Shown: positions 1 to 10,164 of the stretch, piece after piece
Layout of the letters: each line of letters opens with the position of its first letter
Numbering within the stretch: position 1 is the first letter of the stretch
Translations under genes and position numbers: made by a program
Source of the DNA: Jimgerdemannia flammicorona
Taxonomy: Eukaryota
Assembly (NCBI GenBank): GCA_003990765.1
Contig: RBNJ01000164.1
Location: forward strand, 1-38,286
Length of the DNA stretch: 38,286 nt
Direction of reading: 5' to 3'
The notes under the pieces: model-generated
Databases searched by the model: none
What the model saw: only the letters and a program-made list of their open reading frames with translations
Told to the model about the DNA's origin: nothing

Positions 1-424
1 CCCCCCCCCCTCTCTCCTCTGCTTGTAGTGTAGCTCTACATCATTGCCAATATGAGATATTGGAATATACCGAATCTGGTGAAAATGTGTTCATTGAAAG
101 TAAGATTATTGCAAGATGAGCAGACCGGGAATAGAGCCAATATACTGAATCTAGGCCGGAAATGAACACATCATTAGCCGAAGTGGAACTCGGTAATGCA
201 ATCTAATGAAAGATTGTTATAGAGTCAAATTAATATTACACCGACTAGATCTCACATCAGATGACTATTGAACGGCAGTGTAAATTTTATTTGTGTGCCC
301 ATATTGTAAAATCGTGTGCCCAATATAACAGTATGTATGTGTAAAAATAAGCATCTCAACTGTTATTGTATGGTAAAACGCTAGGTAGAATACAATTATA
401 CAGAATTGCATACTGAAAAGCTCT

Positions 425-1330
425 TTAAGTGTTAAAACGCTGTTTACTAAATTCAGCTTCAAGCTGGTCCATCGCTGTGTTGGCATTCCTAGTATACGAG
501 GTGAGATTGCTCTTCGACAATACTATCAATTGTCGAAAATTTACTGTTTGCTCGCGGAACTGCTGAAGAGAACCAGACATTCGCAATAGCTCATCTGTGC
601 GCGAAATGCGCATAGTCTCAAATAGTTGAAGTATACGCACGTTATCTGTGAGGATGTCTAGAGACATGGGGTGTTTTCCTATGTTGTTTGTCTCGCTTAC
701 AACTATTTTGTGAGCTTCTTTGAGGAGTGACGTCATACTCTCCAAATGCTTGAGCGTAACAGAAACCAATATGTCAATCTCTTCCATGAAGGAGTTCGCA
801 TCACCTATTGATGAGTCGAATATTGATATCACATTTGCCAGCAGCGTTTTGTCTATACCCCGGTCCAGCTGTGTGAATAATCGCTGTATCATCCGATTGC
901 GGTCTATAGCGAGCCGGAACCCAATGGGTACTTGGACCTCCAATTTTTCAGCAGCATAGACGGCCTGTGTGGTAAAATCTGCCAACCAACTCAGCAATTT
1001 TTCGAGATTCACTCTGTTTTGAGAGCTCAAATCTGAACATTTCACCTGTGACAGAAGATCCCGCATTGCCGTTCGGGTTTTAAGCAACTCTATGCTGAAA
1101 TCCCCACGGAAAACTAGGCCACTGGCCTGCAGAGTCTTCTCGTGCAACTCGATATATCTGATAATGTTAGGCAACAAGATGGGTTGTGGCGGTGTACCGC
1201 ATGCCGAGGGGAGCAAACAGATGGGGTCGCCATATTTTGGGACAAGTGTTGCAAAAATATAGGCAATAAGCAACACTGCAACTGCTATTGGGAAAAGTCG
1301 CCTGAAATATTGCATTGTAACAACAGACAT
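425..1330 (-). CDS. Hypothetical protein with N-terminal transmembrane anchor and long helical/coiled-coil body
   Basis: 301-aa ORF. Hydrophobic segment LFPIAVAVLLIAYIFATLV near the N-terminus, amphipathic helical remainder. TGGGCACAC dyad ~70 nt upstream. Confidence 0.65.
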   Translation of the reverse strand: MSVVTMQYFRRLFPIAVAVLLIAYIFATLVPKYGDPICLLPSACGTPPQPILLPNIIRYIELHEKTLQASGLVFRGDFSIELLKTRTAMRDLLSQVKCSDLSSQNRVNLEKLLSWLADFTTQAVYAAEKLEVQVPIGFRLAIDRNRMIQRLFTQLDRGIDKTLLANVISIFDSSIGDANSFMEEIDILVSVTLKHLESMTSLLKEAHKIVVSETNNIGKHPMSLDILTDNVRILQLFETMRISRTDELLRMSGSLQQFREQTVNFRQLIVLSKSNLTSYTRNANTAMDQLEAEFSKQRFNT

Positions 1331-1401
1331 TGTAAAAAGGTACTAATCTTAATTACAAAGTTGTAACAATTAGTGAAATATTATACCAATATCTAGTCAT
1401 A

Positions 1402-1442
1402 TGATCATGTGCCCACATTGTAAAAATTGTGTGCCCAATATA
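1402..1442 (-). promoter_or_regulatory. Representative copy of the dispersed TGGGCACAC dyad (consensus on + strand GATCGTGTGCCCATATTGTAAAATCGTGTGCCCAATATA), candidate promoter element
   Basis: Other copies at ~291-329, 4800-4838, 5132-5170, 13265-13301, 14800-14839, 18457-18495, 20310-20350 (opposite strand), 24060-24097 (opposite strand), 32010-32147 (cluster) and 36976-37013. Several lie 70-140 nt upstream of an ATG in the same relative orientation. Confidence 0.5.
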
Positions 1443-1780
1443 ATTACCGGATTGAGCAAGACAATCATATATTACACAATTTCGATATAACTCTCCAACT
1501 GTATAGAAAGACAATTGTCAAACAATACATATTCAATTATTAAATTTTATTAAACACGAATAATCTCGTGCATTATTTGAATTTAGCCGGTATGCAAGAC
1601 AATCGCTGTGTACAGTGCAAAAATTGACGAATATTTCTTTAAAATATCATACATCTTTGAAATACAAATGTTCTAAAATGCAGTTAAATAATGTGTTACT
1701 ACATATACAAAATCTATATATTCTTTAACCAAATTGCTAATTACATGGATAAAAAATACCCGGTGCACGGACAATCATAT

Positions 1781-2157
1781 TTTGACGCATAAAAATGCTA
1801 GACTCGACATTTTTATGCGTCAAAATACGATTGGATGTTGCAAACGTCATTGGAATCATACATACGCCAAATCACATGACGATTTGAAAAACTCAAGAGA
1901 AAGAGGCGAAAACGACATTTTTCCAACTCTGTGGTTTATATATGCGATCAGATATTTGACGCATAAAAATGTCGAGTCTAGCATTTTTATGCGTCAAAAT
2001 ATGATTGGGTGTTGCAAACGTCATTGGAATCATACGCCAAATCACATGACGATTTGAAAAACTCAAGAGAAAGACATTTTTCCAATTCTGTGGTTTATAT
2101 ATGCGATCAAATATTTGACGCATAAAAATGCTAGGCTCGACATTTTTATGCGTCAAA
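1781..2157. repeat. Three 44-bp palindromes (TTTGACGCATAAAAATG-CTAGACTCGA-CATTTTTATGCGTCAAA) within a ~160-175-bp tandem duplication
   Basis: Palindromes at 1781-1824, 1955-1998 and 2114-2157. The intervening segments 1825-1954 and 1999-2113 are near-identical, and a related segment recurs at 5736-5839. Confidence 0.95.
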
Positions 2158-2447
2158 TTTTACATTCCGTAGTCAGAACTACGCTGAGCAAGATCATAAC
2201 GCACAACTTATTCGAATATCGATTATATAATGTAATTGCGATCACAGCTAAAAACCCTTTTCTCGTGAAATAGTTAATCTCGAAAATGCCAAACTCAACA
2301 ATTTTATGCGTTTATTATGTACGTTTATTGAATCCGCGCATTGACCATCGTTCAACCTGAAAATTTTAACACCATAACCTTAGTTGAAAAGTAATACTTA
2401 TATGTAAAATAAGATGTTATACAGGTAAAACAAACAACCAATCATAA

Positions 2448-2491
2448 ATTGACGCATAAAAATGTCGAGTCTAGCATTTTTATGCGTTAAA
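2448..2491. repeat. 44-bp palindrome copy
   Basis: TTGACGCATAAAAATG-TCGAGTCTAG-CATTTTTATGCGTTAAA, preceded by CCAATC. Confidence 0.9.
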
Positions 2492-2720
2492 AATATGCCT
2501 GGTACATTGGATTTGATTTTTGCATGATACCCACAGCCTTCAACCACCTATATGAACTGGTTATCTGCAGTATAATTCTCAACATACAATGTTTGCAGAT
2601 TATTGCTTTTTTTTTAAGGATTGTATCGATACTACTGTTATGGAATGACACTTGGTCCAATTTGTACAGACCAGTATTATAAATAAAAGGGGATATGGAT
2701 CATTCATACCAAAAAACAAA

Positions 2721-3968
2721 ATGATACACACTATACCATTGGAAGTGCAAATCAATATTTTATTATTTACGTCAGTACCAACGCTTCGGTCCATGTCACA
2801 TGTAAGTCAATATTGGTGGAGTGTTCTCCAAGATCCAACCATTTGGTCGATCAAGTTTTCCACCGATTTTGGCGAATTCAATGCGCTTGAATGTGCAACG
2901 ATCGAATTTCCGGAATATCTGAGGCCCGAGATGGTAGACATGTTGGCCAAAACACACGTTTCACCACGGTTGGCATACTATGCAGGCACATTGGACAATC
3001 GAATTTCCTACAGCGTCTTGAGCAAACTGCATGCCACGGTGGGTGCGGTGTATCCCAACACGTGCAACCACGATTGTTGGCGAAGTATCAGACAGTTGTG
3101 TGGTACTTTCATAGAATTCATTTTACCACATGCCAATGATGTGCTACCCAAACACATCTTGATAGATCATTTGAAAGAGTGCAATTTTCTGCCCCGATCC
3201 ATCGTGCATTATGAATATGGATTTGACGAGTATATTCCCGACGCGTACTCAAGCATTTCTCACGCTGCTACCCCGCTGCTCGTTGTGTATCTCTACAACA
3301 AGGATTATCTAGACAGCGTCGCCAAAAAGGGATACCGTCTGCAGCGTGGTTGGGATATCTACGATGTGTCCGAATTCTTTACCGAGTGCCAATATTTGCG
3401 TCTGGCAACGGGCGCGGATGCACTAAAATACTTTATTGGAAGTAATATTGTCACACTCGCACACGAATCGATTGTAAAACGAGCCGATATGTTGGAACCG
3501 GGGCAATTGGACACTCTGACCACCAGCTCGGGAATGGACTACACAGAAATGGTGCACGACATGATTATTGACTATCTCACGGATATTAACTATGAGCAGC
3601 GAGAGCTGATATACCTGCCAACGCTGTATGAAAAATATTATTGTCCAGACCTAGCGCGAAATGAAATCCAAACCCGATGGAACACACAGGACCGAATGCC
3701 GCTGGAACTTATTCATGTGATATTTCAAATCAACTTTCAATCTAATAAAACCAATCGATGCAGCGATCCAAAGATTCTTGCAATGGACCATTTAGTCCAA
3801 TATACTTTTACACAGGCGCGAAGTCATTATGGCGAAACACAGATTGCGCAAATTGTCAAAGACTACATTGATTCGGGGCTAGACATCAAGCCAGACCACA
3901 TCAAGTGGCTATCTGACGGCAGTCAGAATTTTTCTGAATGTATTACTGAAATTATTTTTGATCGATAA
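2721..3968 (+). CDS. F-box domain protein
   Basis: N-terminal F-box-like motif IPLEVQINILLFTSVPTLRSMSHVSQYWWSVLQDPTIW. Start placed at the ATG at 2721 within the 438-aa ORF. Intronless. Confidence 0.75.
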   Translation: MIHTIPLEVQINILLFTSVPTLRSMSHVSQYWWSVLQDPTIWSIKFSTDFGEFNALECATIEFPEYLRPEMVDMLAKTHVSPRLAYYAGTLDNRISYSVLSKLHATVGAVYPNTCNHDCWRSIRQLCGTFIEFILPHANDVLPKHILIDHLKECNFLPRSIVHYEYGFDEYIPDAYSSISHAATPLLVVYLYNKDYLDSVAKKGYRLQRGWDIYDVSEFFTECQYLRLATGADALKYFIGSNIVTLAHESIVKRADMLEPGQLDTLTTSSGMDYTEMVHDMIIDYLTDINYEQRELIYLPTLYEKYYCPDLARNEIQTRWNTQDRMPLELIHVIFQINFQSNKTNRCSDPKILAMDHLVQYTFTQARSHYGETQIAQIVKDYIDSGLDIKPDHIKWLSDGSQNFSECITEIIFDR

Positions 3969-4159
3969 TATAAAATTTGATACTGTATATAATTTGTAAG
4001 AGTAGAGAATATTTCTTACAATGCATCTTTTAAAATATTAACGTATTGAACGATATATTACTACATGTTCAGAAATCGTAATTAGTGTTATAAGCATTTC
4101 AAATTAGATACTCTGCCAGGCGCGAGATTTGCATTCCGTCACCCACTCCCACCGTCCAT

Positions 4160-4460
4160 ATTGTACAACAAAGATTATCTATCTCGTCTACAGGGTGATT
4201 GGAATATCTATGATATATCCGAAAGTGTGTTCAAATATTTTGATAAGATTGTCATGCTTTCACACAAATCGATTGTAAAATGGGCCGATTCGCTAGAATA
4301 AATTACACCAAATGGTACACAACGCGATTGTCGATTATTTCGCAGATATTAACTGTGAGCAGCGAGAGTGACAATATTATACGAAAATATTATTATCCGA
4401 ATCTAATACCGTTTAAACTCGATAATGCAATATTTTTAACCGACTTTCAATCTAACATCC
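4160..4460 (+). pseudogene. Degenerate partial duplicate of the 3' half of the F-box gene
   Basis: Colinear similarity with 3290-3750 (e.g. TACAACAAAGATTATCTA vs TACAACAAGGATTATCTA; AAATCGATTGTAAAA vs GAATCGATTGTAAAA; GATATTAACTGTGAGCAGCGAGAG vs GATATTAACTATGAGCAGCGAGAG), with deletions and frameshifts. Confidence 0.7.
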
Positions 4461-4532
4461 AAAGCAAATGGGTCATCTTACCAGTCCGATTACTTGTACT
4501 ACATAAATTAGTATTGACTGCAATGATAAAGC

Positions 4533-5480
4533 GTGTTATTACATGGTAAAACACTTTGAAATTCCAGTGTGTACGACAAATTTCCCGTGCACACTAACAA
4601 TGAATACACACGTAAGTTACAGTTTGGAAGTACTTTGTAAGAACAGACAATCGTGCAAGAATTGCTTAAAATTGGGTGAAACGCCCACATATTTCAAAGT
4701 ATGTCTCTATAACGGAGATATGTGTATCAAACAAACAGTGCTATCATGTTACGAAATCGTGGTTATTGAAAGTTGCTATTCACATGAATCACGTCATGTG
4801 ATCGTGTGCCCATACTGTAAATTCGTGTGCCCAATATAATTTTGCATTGACCGCAATGAAAAAGTTGGTTATTTGAAATTCCAGTGTGTACGACAAATTT
4901 CCTGTGCATACTGACAATACATGCGTACGTTACAGTTTGGAAGTACTTTGCAAGAACAGACAAGAATCAATTGAGTGAGATGCAAACATCTTTTGAAATA
5001 CGACTTAGTAATTATAACTGAAATCTGTGTATCAAACAGACAATGCTATCATGTTGCAGAAATCGTAGTTATTGAAAGTTGTAAACGATTGCTGGCTTTG
5101 TAAAGCGCCATCCACAGAAATCACGTCATGTGATCGTGTGCCCATACTGTAAATTCGTGTGCCCAATATAATTTTGCATTGACCGCAATGAAAAAGTTGG
5201 TTATTTGAAATTCCAGTGTGTACGACAAATTTCCTGTGCATACTGACAATACATGCGTACGTTACAGTTTGGAAGTACTTTGCAAGAACAGACAAGAATC
5301 AATTGAGTGAGATGCAAACATCTTTTGAAATACGACTTAGTAATTATAACTGAAATCTGTGTATCAAACAGACAATGCTATCATGTTCAGAAATCGTGTT
5401 TATTGTAAACGATTGCTGTCTTGTAAAGCGCTATTCACAAGAATCGTGTCATGTAATTATGTGCCCAATATAATTTACCG
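4533..5480. repeat. ~330-bp non-coding repeat family, about 3 tandem copies
   Basis: 4787-5055 is essentially identical to 5119-5387 (offset 332). A diverged copy lies at ~4533-4790 and a distant copy at ~18350-18760. Each unit carries the TGGGCACAC dyad. Confidence 0.9.
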
Positions 5481-5691
5481 AATTGAGTGTATCGTGCTCA
5501 AATCAATGAACAAATATTATTTATTTTATGAAATTATTGTGTGTATGGTATATTTATTTAGAATATTATACATATGTCAAGGAAACGACATGTCCCAAGA
5601 ATGATGTTGTAAGCTTTCTAAATAGAACAAAATTGATGACCCGATTACGATAAAGGAATACCTGGTGATTTGGGGGGGGGGGGGATCGTAT

Positions 5692-5967
5692 TTCGACGCA
5701 TAAAAATGTCGAGTCTAGCATTTTTATGCGTCGAAATGCGATTGGATGTTGCAAACTCACATGACTATTTGAAAAACTCAAGAGAAAGAGGCAAAAACGA
5801 CATTTTTCGAATCCTGCGGTTTATATATGCAGCCCGATAATTGACGCATAAAAATGTCGAGTCTAGCATTTTTATGCGTCAAATATCAGCATTAGTAATC
5901 AAGATTATCACGTCCAATAGAATTTTGACGCATAAAAATGCTAGACTCGACATTTTTATGCGTCAAA
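5692..5967. repeat. Cluster of three 44-bp palindromes
   Basis: Copies at 5692-5735 (TTCGACG...CGTCGAA co-variant), 5840-5883 and 5924-5967. Confidence 0.95.
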
Positions 5968-5974
5968 TTCAACT

Positions 5975-6265
5975 TTATTTATAGTAACGTTGATATCGCC
6001 GGCAGTAATCGACATGGTTTAGATAATTGTTACTGGGAATGGTGTGGTTGCAATAAGGACACATAATGCGATAATACGTGCACGCGGCGGTTATATGATA
6101 TTCACAGTGCTTGTATTGGACTATATTAGAACAATAGCTGCAGACAAAGATTTGTTTGGGGCAATTATTGTAGTGTTTATATGCATTATCGCCATGAAAA
6201 ACGGCTTTGCATAGTCTACAAAAGTAGCCTTGGGGGAGGTATGGTTCGCAGAGAAGGCGGATCAT
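5975..6265 (-). CDS. Small TRAF-type zinc-finger protein
   Basis: Repeated CxxC...H...C units (CRLCKAVF...HYNNCPKQIFVCSYC...HITAACTYYRIMCPYC...HVDYC). Start placed at the ATG of MIRLL. Confidence 0.7.
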   Translation of the reverse strand: MIRLLCEPYLPQGYFCRLCKAVFHGDNAYKHYNNCPKQIFVCSYCSNIVQYKHCEYHITAACTYYRIMCPYCNHTIPSNNYLNHVDYCRRYQRYYK

Positions 6266-6350
6266 TGTGTGGAGGTTCGACAAATAAAAAAAAATGAATA
6301 TATATGTTAAATGTGCCCACGTGTTACAAACATGGTTGTACAATTTTCCC

Positions 6351-7089
6351 ATGAAGCCATCTGCTAAAAATTCGGCAGACGTTGTTATAACTATCAACAA
6401 AGCTCTGTGCTTGTCGGCCCTGAGAAACCAGCTAGATTACAAAACAGTTGACCATAGTTTAGATGGTACAGACCAACGCCTGATTTCATGGCGTCTTGCG
6501 CAGGGTGGCGAGTGGCTGGCGGCCGTGTTGGACAAGACGGAATTTGAGACATGGAAGCGCGATATCGCATCATTTAAACAGCGATACAGTCGATATAATA
6601 TCAACTGCATACTGGAAAATTGTGCCGTTTCCAACGAAGATGCCATCGCGATTCAAACAGCGCACATTTTCATACACCAATCCGGGAACAGTGATAGCAC
6701 TGTTCAAATTATCGACAGAATCACCACATGCATTGCATCCATTCCATCAAGGTAGCGACGCGTGTTATCGTTTATTATTATTATTATTGTTATTAATACA
6801 CACACATATTTTTAGGGATAATTCGGACCGGCTAATCATGTCACGACGAGTTCCGAAAACAGCTACATATGAAAATGCATTTGCCAAGATGTTGAAACAG
6901 ATTCCAGGCATAGCGGATGGGCGGGCGGAGGCGGTGGTGAAAACGTATCCAACCGTTATGTCATTCTTCCAAGCTATGAATGGCCGTGATAAACAGGCGG
7001 TGATTAACGCACTGAAAGAATTGCCAATGAATGACAGTAGATTAGGTGTTGCTTGTGCGGGGAAAATATATGCAGGGCTTTATAAATAA
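6351..7089 (+). CDS. EME1: Eme1/Mms4-like protein (degenerate ERCC4 domain plus helix-hairpin-helix); one intron, 6752-6815
   Basis: A phase-2 GT..AG intron joins the ORF at 6294-6755 to the ORF at 6496-7089 in frame (IPSR|DNSDRL). The C-terminus AFAKMLKQIPGIADGRAEAVVKTYPT...RLGVACAGKIY is the XPF-family HhH2. No ERKxxxD catalytic motif. Confidence 0.65.
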
Positions 7090-7121
7090 GCATGTTTTAA
7101 AATTAGTTCTAGAAATAGAAA

Positions 7122-8312
7122 ATGACGCTGTACACACCCATTTCCCTGGCCAATGACCTCAATTACAATACAATCTTTAACAGTGTAATGTCTTGCCTTA
7201 GAATGAATCTTTCGCAAAAAACTATTACAGAGCTGGAGGAATACACTTCACTTTATATGTTAACGGGAGATGTCATTCGCAATATAACATATGGCTATGA
7301 CGATAGTAGCAGTAAACTGTTAGATTCCATCATCGACGATTTCATACACATGTTTCCCGTAATTGTACAACATACCAGACCGTGGTACGGCTTGATGCAG
7401 ATAACTATTGGCGGTTCTGAAATATATGACATTATCGATCCCAAAAAAGCGAGCTTCCAGCTTGTCATGCGGCGAAAGATGGGTTTGCAGGTATTCACGC
7501 CATCGCCATTTGTGAAATGGGCGATGGCATGGGGGTCGCTGTTTGAAGATGCGGTCAAGCTGTATCTGCAGCGGGTGTTTAGTCTGACCGTACACGGCGA
7601 CAAGTCGTGCATCTGTGTAATCGAGAAACAGCGATATTCGCCAGATGGAATCGTGGTCATGGGATACGATGACGCTGAATTGCTCTGTCGGTCGGGAAAA
7701 GAGCCTGCGTATCGCTGCATAGTCCTGCTCGAAATCAAAGTTCCATACACCCGCTGGCCGGAGGACCGAATCGATCCCAAGTACCGTGCACAGGTCCAGA
7801 TGGGTCTGACCGTGTGTGTTATCTGCAGCCATGCACTGCTTGTCACTGCGGGCATCCGTGTGTGCTCGCGAGACCAGTTGCTCAGACCGCGCAAGTACAA
7901 TGGAGATTATTGCAATGAGTACGGAACCATGTCGGAAACCGAACTATCATTGGGATACATACCATTGTACCAAAAGTCAGAAACATCATTGCCAGCCGAT
8001 ATTACCGACTACTGTAACGGATGTGAGGGGCGTGCAGATTTGGGTGCCGCACCACTGAGTGTCTTCAACCTAGTCCTACAGCAATTATATGATAAGAAAT
8101 TGGAAGCAGGCCCAGCCCTTGTTTGGCTATATGGTGAATCAAAACCCGAAAATGTAGACGCTGTTAGCACAGACATGGAACTGGTTGGTGATATTCACTG
8201 GAAACTGTTTGAAATTGTCTACAATCCAATTTTTCGAGATCCAACATTTTGCACAACCATGGTTAGTTCCATACAGCGGGTTTGGAACACCAATGATAGT
8301 TCTGTTTTATAA
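7122..8312 (+). CDS. YqaJ-like viral recombinase / lambda-type 5'-3' exonuclease
   Basis: Motifs W...IGGSEI, MAWGSLFED, YSPDGI, LLEIKVP and YRAQVQMGL, typical of the YqaJ/lambda exonuclease family found in NCLDV. Intronless. Confidence 0.85.
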   Translation: MTLYTPISLANDLNYNTIFNSVMSCLRMNLSQKTITELEEYTSLYMLTGDVIRNITYGYDDSSSKLLDSIIDDFIHMFPVIVQHTRPWYGLMQITIGGSEIYDIIDPKKASFQLVMRRKMGLQVFTPSPFVKWAMAWGSLFEDAVKLYLQRVFSLTVHGDKSCICVIEKQRYSPDGIVVMGYDDAELLCRSGKEPAYRCIVLLEIKVPYTRWPEDRIDPKYRAQVQMGLTVCVICSHALLVTAGIRVCSRDQLLRPRKYNGDYCNEYGTMSETELSLGYIPLYQKSETSLPADITDYCNGCEGRADLGAAPLSVFNLVLQQLYDKKLEAGPALVWLYGESKPENVDAVSTDMELVGDIHWKLFEIVYNPIFRDPTFCTTMVSSIQRVWNTNDSSVL

Positions 8313-8361
8313 TTTTTTTTAATATATTAAAAACTAGCTATGAAATAAATACTTTTTGCTA

Positions 8362-8790
8362 TTATATATTGATCCCGAATATATCTTCATTACAACCCAA
8401 TTCCAAGTTATTAATTACCCTATCTAGATAATTCAAATCGGCCAGATTATTATCTTCTTTGAATTCAACTAATGTATCTATCAAACTACTCTTATCTGAT
8501 GTGTACTTTTCATTAAATTCTTTGATAAGATCTTTTGATCTTTCTTCTAGTAACCACTCAACCGTTCTTTTAAACTCAGCTTTGCTTAAATTTAACAGAA
8601 ATGAATAAGTAATTAGCCCACAACTAAAAATAGACCAACTATCAAAGATCTTTTTCAGAATTGCCATTCTTCGTCCAACTCTGTAGTTATTGCTATATGT
8701 CCGGTTTGATTTTCTCAACTTTCGTTTCTGATATGCCGTTGAGACAAAGACTATATCACCAAAGTTTTTGACTTGAAAGTGTTCAGGCAC
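8362..8790 (-). CDS. Hypothetical protein
   Basis: 142-aa ORF directly downstream of and co-directional with 8809-9942, possibly part of the same gene. No recognisable motif. Confidence 0.4.
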   Translation of the reverse strand: MPEHFQVKNFGDIVFVSTAYQKRKLRKSNRTYSNNYRVGRRMAILKKIFDSWSIFSCGLITYSFLLNLSKAEFKRTVEWLLEERSKDLIKEFNEKYTSDKSSLIDTLVEFKEDNNLADLNYLDRVINNLELGCNEDIFGINI

Positions 8791-8808
8791 CGATCCATCT
8801 CCACTGAT

Positions 8809-9942
8809 TCAATAAGCACTCGTGATCGCGCTCATAATCAACCAAGCGGTATTCGCCCGGCCCTCGGTTCTGCCAAAATGGTTACAAGTTTCATTTGTAC
8901 GTTTCATTTGTACAGTATTATAGTCTTCAATCGATTCATCATCGCTTTCATCATCGCAATCATCTTCAACATCGGATACATCTTCTTTCACCGGAAGTTG
9001 GTCATCGAGAGATATTTTGTTATTTATTATTTTTGCTATGTTATCGGTAAGGGCTATGATGAGACTTGGAGCTCCATTTTCCTGAGATTTCCTCAAAGGT
9101 TTTGATGTCTTTGTTTTTGCTACCCCCGTCGTCTTTGCAGGTGAGGGTTTCGCTACCTCCGTCGTCTTTGCAGGTGATGTGTTCACTACATCCAAAGTAT
9201 GTGGTAATGTCTCTTTGGGCGAGATTTCAACATCTGTTCGTTTAATTGCTAGTGGTTGTGTCCGTGGAGATCGTCTGAGAGGCGGTGTTGCTGGTGGTGT
9301 TATCGTGTTTTCTATCGATTTTGTAACATTTACAGGGTTGGTTGTATATGGTGGTGGTGGCAGCTTATCTACAGATGCTGCAGTATTTTCAAGTTCGGGT
9401 ATACTGTCATCGGTATAATCACTATCGTCACCTTGGATTTCGATGACATTGTCTCCATCGGGCTGGGTTTCTGGATCACCTTTATCAATGTCATCCCTCT
9501 CTACTGTCTTATAGACAATAAGACCATCGGGTAATGTATTGAATGTGATGGTATCTGCTGTAGCTCCGATTACCACTCCTCTGGCCTTGAGAGCGGCAAG
9601 GAATTCTCGGATGATGTACGCCATATCATAACCCATGGCAATGTAGTTGTTTATGACGAGATCGTAGTATGATCCTAATTCTGATGAATTGAGTCGCTTG
9701 TTTTGAATACAATCATCTTCATCTTCATATGGCCGTTTCAGTGGATTCGCTTGAGGTTCTGTTATATCCGACATGGTAAGATCGAATAGAGGTTGAGTGT
9801 CGAATAACGGATCAAAATTGTCGAACATGTCAACGGTGATCATATCTTCAGAATTGACATTTTCAAACAGGGCGGATATATTATCTTCAGACATGAAATC
9901 TTCAGATCCATTGATCATGGTGAATATATCAGTAGTGTCCAT
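8809..9942 (-). CDS. Acidic, low-complexity protein with possible NLS; internal 30-bp tandem repeat
   Basis: 377-aa ORF with D/E-rich tracts, PLKRP...NKRL and a SPAKTTEVAK/SPAKTTGVAK repeat at ~9113-9177. Confidence 0.65.
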   Translation of the reverse strand: MDTTDIFTMINGSEDFMSEDNISALFENVNSEDMITVDMFDNFDPLFDTQPLFDLTMSDITEPQANPLKRPYEDEDDCIQNKRLNSSELGSYYDLVINNYIAMGYDMAYIIREFLAALKARGVVIGATADTITFNTLPDGLIVYKTVERDDIDKGDPETQPDGDNVIEIQGDDSDYTDDSIPELENTAASVDKLPPPPYTTNPVNVTKSIENTITPPATPPLRRSPRTQPLAIKRTDVEISPKETLPHTLDVVNTSPAKTTEVAKPSPAKTTGVAKTKTSKPLRKSQENGAPSLIIALTDNIAKIINNKISLDDQLPVKEDVSDVEDDCDDESDDESIEDYNTVQMKRTNETCNHFGRTEGRANTAWLIMSAITSAY

Positions 9943-10164
9943 TGTGAATTGGGAGTAGTATTTTGTATTTATCTCGTTATGTTTATCGATCTTTTTATAA
10001 GAATCAAACTATGGTATGCGCCGAGATATCGGAGATGTAACCGCGGAATGGGGGTGGGAATAAAATTCTATTTGGTAATGATAATATTTGGCTGTGCACC
10101 AATGAGAAATATTGTTCTAACGTATAAAAATATCAAGTTTGACATTTTCATGTCTTAGAATACA

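Noticed and set aside
1..210. Possible 3' end of a plus-strand gene after the initial poly-C
   Set aside because: Frames are interrupted and too short to assign.
1734..2156. Short ORFs containing THKNARLDIFMRQ / MLDSTFL (also near 5566, 14777, 18038, 18875, 23054, 26023, 33439)
   Set aside because: These are translations of the 44-bp palindrome, not genes.
1781..2157. Palindromic repeats with intervening sequence resembling a CRISPR array (also 37751-38286)
   Set aside because: The intervening segments are 90-130 bp and are copies of each other rather than unique spacers. There are no cas genes and the context is eukaryotic or viral.
4543..5604. Cys-rich ORFs in the 330-bp repeats as zinc-finger genes
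   Set aside because: Frames are not preserved between repeat copies. The CPYC-like words arise from the GTGTGCCCA motif.
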